Part shown: piece after piece, positions 61,237-64,000 of the stretch
Numbering within the stretch: the stretch's first letter is position 1
Layout: each line of letters begins with the position of its first letter
Source of the DNA: Macrostomum hystrix
Taxonomy: Eukaryota; Animalia; Platyhelminthes
NCBI GenBank assembly: GCA_950097015.1
Contig: CATNEN010000041.1
Coordinates: forward strand, 1,674,001 to 1,738,000
Direction of reading: 5' to 3'
DNA: 64,000 nucleotides
Notes under the pieces: generated by a model
Told to the model about the DNA's origin: nothing
What the model saw: the letters and a program-made list of their open reading frames with translations, nothing else
Databases searched by the model: none
Made by a program: the position numbers and the translations under genes

Positions 61237-61695
61237 CCGCTGAGACAGACTGAGTGTGAATGCTGTGTTGCTTAGTTGTCTTCTGACTGCTTAAGGAGAG
61301 TTTTGCTTGTGGTGTTGGGAAGACGGCTTCCGTGCTTTGCAGTTGCAGTACACCATTATTTATCATCAAATCTAACTATATGTAGTTTGTCTTTTGTGTT
61401 AGTGTCCCAGTAATGCTAGCCCGACTTGTGCATCCATGATGATTTTGTGATTTTTTGCGTTTTCAATGTGTTTAAATTCGCTGTTTAACCTGTTCATTAC
61501 TGTTCCAAAAGAGCTCTTTTTGTGACCGGAGCACATTTAGCAGATTATTGACTTCTCACTATAACATATATTATAAACTTAAACTGGTCAAAGTTTATAA
61601 GCGCGTCAAAGCTCGCTTGTTGTGTTACCATGGTAACCCGTTTAGAAAGTGCTGATTAATTCGCCTTGGGCAAAATTGAATTGATCGTGCCTTGA

Positions 61696-62800
61696 TTGAC
61701 CAACCTGGAACTGCATACAGGAATTGCTGGCGGACAGAGTCAGGGAAAAACCTTTCTTAATTACCACAGGACAGCTTCATACGTTTGTTTCATATATACT
61801 GTGAAGCTTAAAGAAGCCGCAGAAAGCTCGTTTACCAATCTCATCCTCAACTTTAATGCTTTGTGCCCAAGGCAGTGGAAATCCGGTCTCATCAGATGTC
61901 TGCTCCACAGAGCTTTCACTGTCTGCAACACCTGGACTAACTTTGACCAAGAAGTGAATTTTCTGACCAAAATGTTTCAACAAAATGGTTACCCTCGTGC
62001 GTTTATCCACACTCACATTCACAAATTTGTCTCTGAGAAAATTGCCAAACAGCCTAACGCTAAAACCGATCTCATTGATCTCAACGAACCAATTCTCGTC
62101 CTCCCTTTCTTTGGCTATCCTTCTCAATTATTCAAAAATCGAATCTGCTAATTATTTCGCAACTTCCTTAATTGCAACATCCGCATCATCTTTCGTTCTG
62201 CTAAAGTTGGCAACTTTGTCGGTCGGTTGAAGTCACGTGTTCCCTGTGCTCTTCGTGCTGGTGTAGTTTACCAATTCAACTGCTCTGATGACCAGAGCGT
62301 CTCCTACGTGGGGAAGACTAAAAGGCACCTGCACACTAGAATCAGGGAGCACTGGCTGAAACCGTCGGCTATTCAAAACCATCTCTTAGAATGTAATAGC
62401 TGCTCCAGCCGCAAACCCGAAGAGCGCTTCAAAGTCATTGACCAATGCTCATTTGACTCCAAACTGCAGATACTTGAAGCGTTGTACATTAAAGCTCATT
62501 CACCCAACCTCAACACTCAACTCCAACACAGTGGCGCGGGCCATGTTCTCCGTGTGTTCTGAGGGAGGGGGCACTGGCTGTACTTTCTACACTGCTGGCT
62601 GTAATGCTAACAATCCGCCCCTGGACTTGCCTCTTGACTTACGGAATATCAAATATGTACTCGGAAAATTTTAAATTATTGGTTAAAAAATATTGAATAA
62701 AGTTCACCCAACAATCTCATATTTATTCGCTGTTCTATTTGCTATATTCGTTTTAATAAACCTGAAGATGCACGAAACGTGCGAAACGCGTCGTTAAACG
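61696..62800 (+). mobile_element. 5'-truncated Penelope-like retroelement (RT thumb + GIY-YIG endonuclease)
   Basis: KSGLIRCLLHRAFTVC..FQQNGYP, LVLPF, GVVYQFNC..SYVGKTKRHLHTRIREH..SAI..H, ILEALYI..PNLN; frameshifted. Confidence 0.88.
62755..62797 (+). ncRNA. Minimal type-I hammerhead ribozyme motif at the Penelope 3' end
   Basis: AAC-CTGAAGA-T-GCAC(GAAAC)GTGC-GAAA-CGCG-TC-GTT: core CUGANGA/GAAA/UH, 4-bp stem II, palindromic ACGCGT stem III, short stem I. Confidence 0.68.
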
Positions 62801-64000
62801 TTAAATGTTGATTCTCGCCTTTTTAATTAACTGTTTGCCGCGATTGAGGAGCTTTGACTGCAGCGAAACGAAAAAATACGCTTCCTTTTTCATTAAAAGA
62901 TTACCTACACATTTCATAATTAACAAAAAAATTAATTTTTGAGTTACATGTTACTTTTATTATTAAGATTAGCACCAATTCCTTAAAAAAAGTAATGATT
63001 GTTGTTATAAACGACAGCTGGCAAGTTCAATGTGGACTTCTTCCAAGAAAGAAAAAACATTGTTCAAGGTTCCATACTATTCAAACTTTACTATCAGGCA
63101 AGACCTTAGTTAATTTGCTTTAAATACCATCGCATCAAGTTACGTATTATTATCTTGTAATTACTACGTGTTGATGCATTTCGGTGAGAAATAATATACG
63201 CAATCTAATCACAGCAAGTCGTTGGTGCACACCGCAAGTTAATGACAGAACATGATATGAAGCGTACAAAAAGGAATCAGCTATCGGTAAAAATAACAAC
63301 TTATGATGCTGATGTAGAATTCGATGTAAAGGTAGGTCGTAAACAATTTTTATCACAATTACACGAACTCCAACCTTTCTTTTATTTTAGCTTATAGCTA
63401 CTTCTATTAGAAAATTTTTATCCTGTATATAACAACGCCTATCTTCTGTAACATAAAAGGGCTGGCTATATGTTGCTAATCTTATGGCTGAGCTGATTTG
63501 TGTGAATTCATTCCTCTGTGTTTATTACATATGTTTGGCTTACTGTAAAATGAATTTGATATGTACTATGAAATTGTATTTCTTATAATAAAAGAAAGTT
63601 AGCTCCATTGTGGATACTAATTTTAATAATCCTACTTACTCCTACTAGCTAATGGTATATTAGTATGAAATTACAATTATTTCCAAAGAAATAATGCTAA
63701 TTAAATGCATTTGTATTATGTAATAGCTACCACTGCAGTAAGTAATAACTATTAATTGCTATTATATATCTTGGGTATGCCAAATGCTCATCAATATGGT
63801 ATAAAAAGCTATATTTGTAAGTTCAGTTGTACCAAGAGTAGCCTTTTAAGACCCATTAATAGTACCATCAGAGTATAAATGACTTCTTGTGTTTATATTC
63901 TGTTTAAGAGTTTTTAAATTCATAATATAATTTTATTCTTGTCTTTATTTAATAACAATGTGAACAAGACAATTGTGCAAGCAAGGACAGTAAACAGTAG

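Overview
Eukaryotic, repeat-rich animal genomic DNA with GT-AG introns. The style suggests a flatworm such as Macrostomum, but that is an unverified inference. (1) 1-20.1 kb: three copies of a two-exon gene that the ORF track misses. A 51-nt first exon encodes a signal peptide (MRLLLLAACAAVLCTLV|LSA), spliced onto an Ala/Lys/Pro linker and more than 1,000 residues of 27/38-aa repeats that are about 63% Arg+Lys. Copy 2 is intact (1,143 aa). Copy 1 has two 1-nt insertions and runs off the window. Copy 3 is a fragment embedded in 13-bp satellite. Between the copies lie decayed P/THAP9 and piggyBac transposases, a tRNA-derived SINE and a PAN + glycine-rich pseudogene. (2) 22.7-38.7 kb: a co-oriented minus-strand metabolic block (MPPED-like phosphoesterase, GST, MAO-like oxidase, three CYP2-clan P450 loci) plus a plus-strand DM9 gene. 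(3) 39.4-46 kb: minisatellites and TTC30/IFT70, one of whose splice acceptors is amplified 11-fold in tandem. (4) 47.2-56.1 kb: a young Ty3/Gypsy element with identical LTRs, a CTT-TAG +1 gag/pol junction and an apparent cold-shock domain before the protease. (5) 59-62.8 kb: CDK5RAP3, with an inverted copy of its own start region in intron 1, and a Penelope-like fragment ending in a minimal hammerhead ribozyme motif. All calls were made by eye; no database searches were run.
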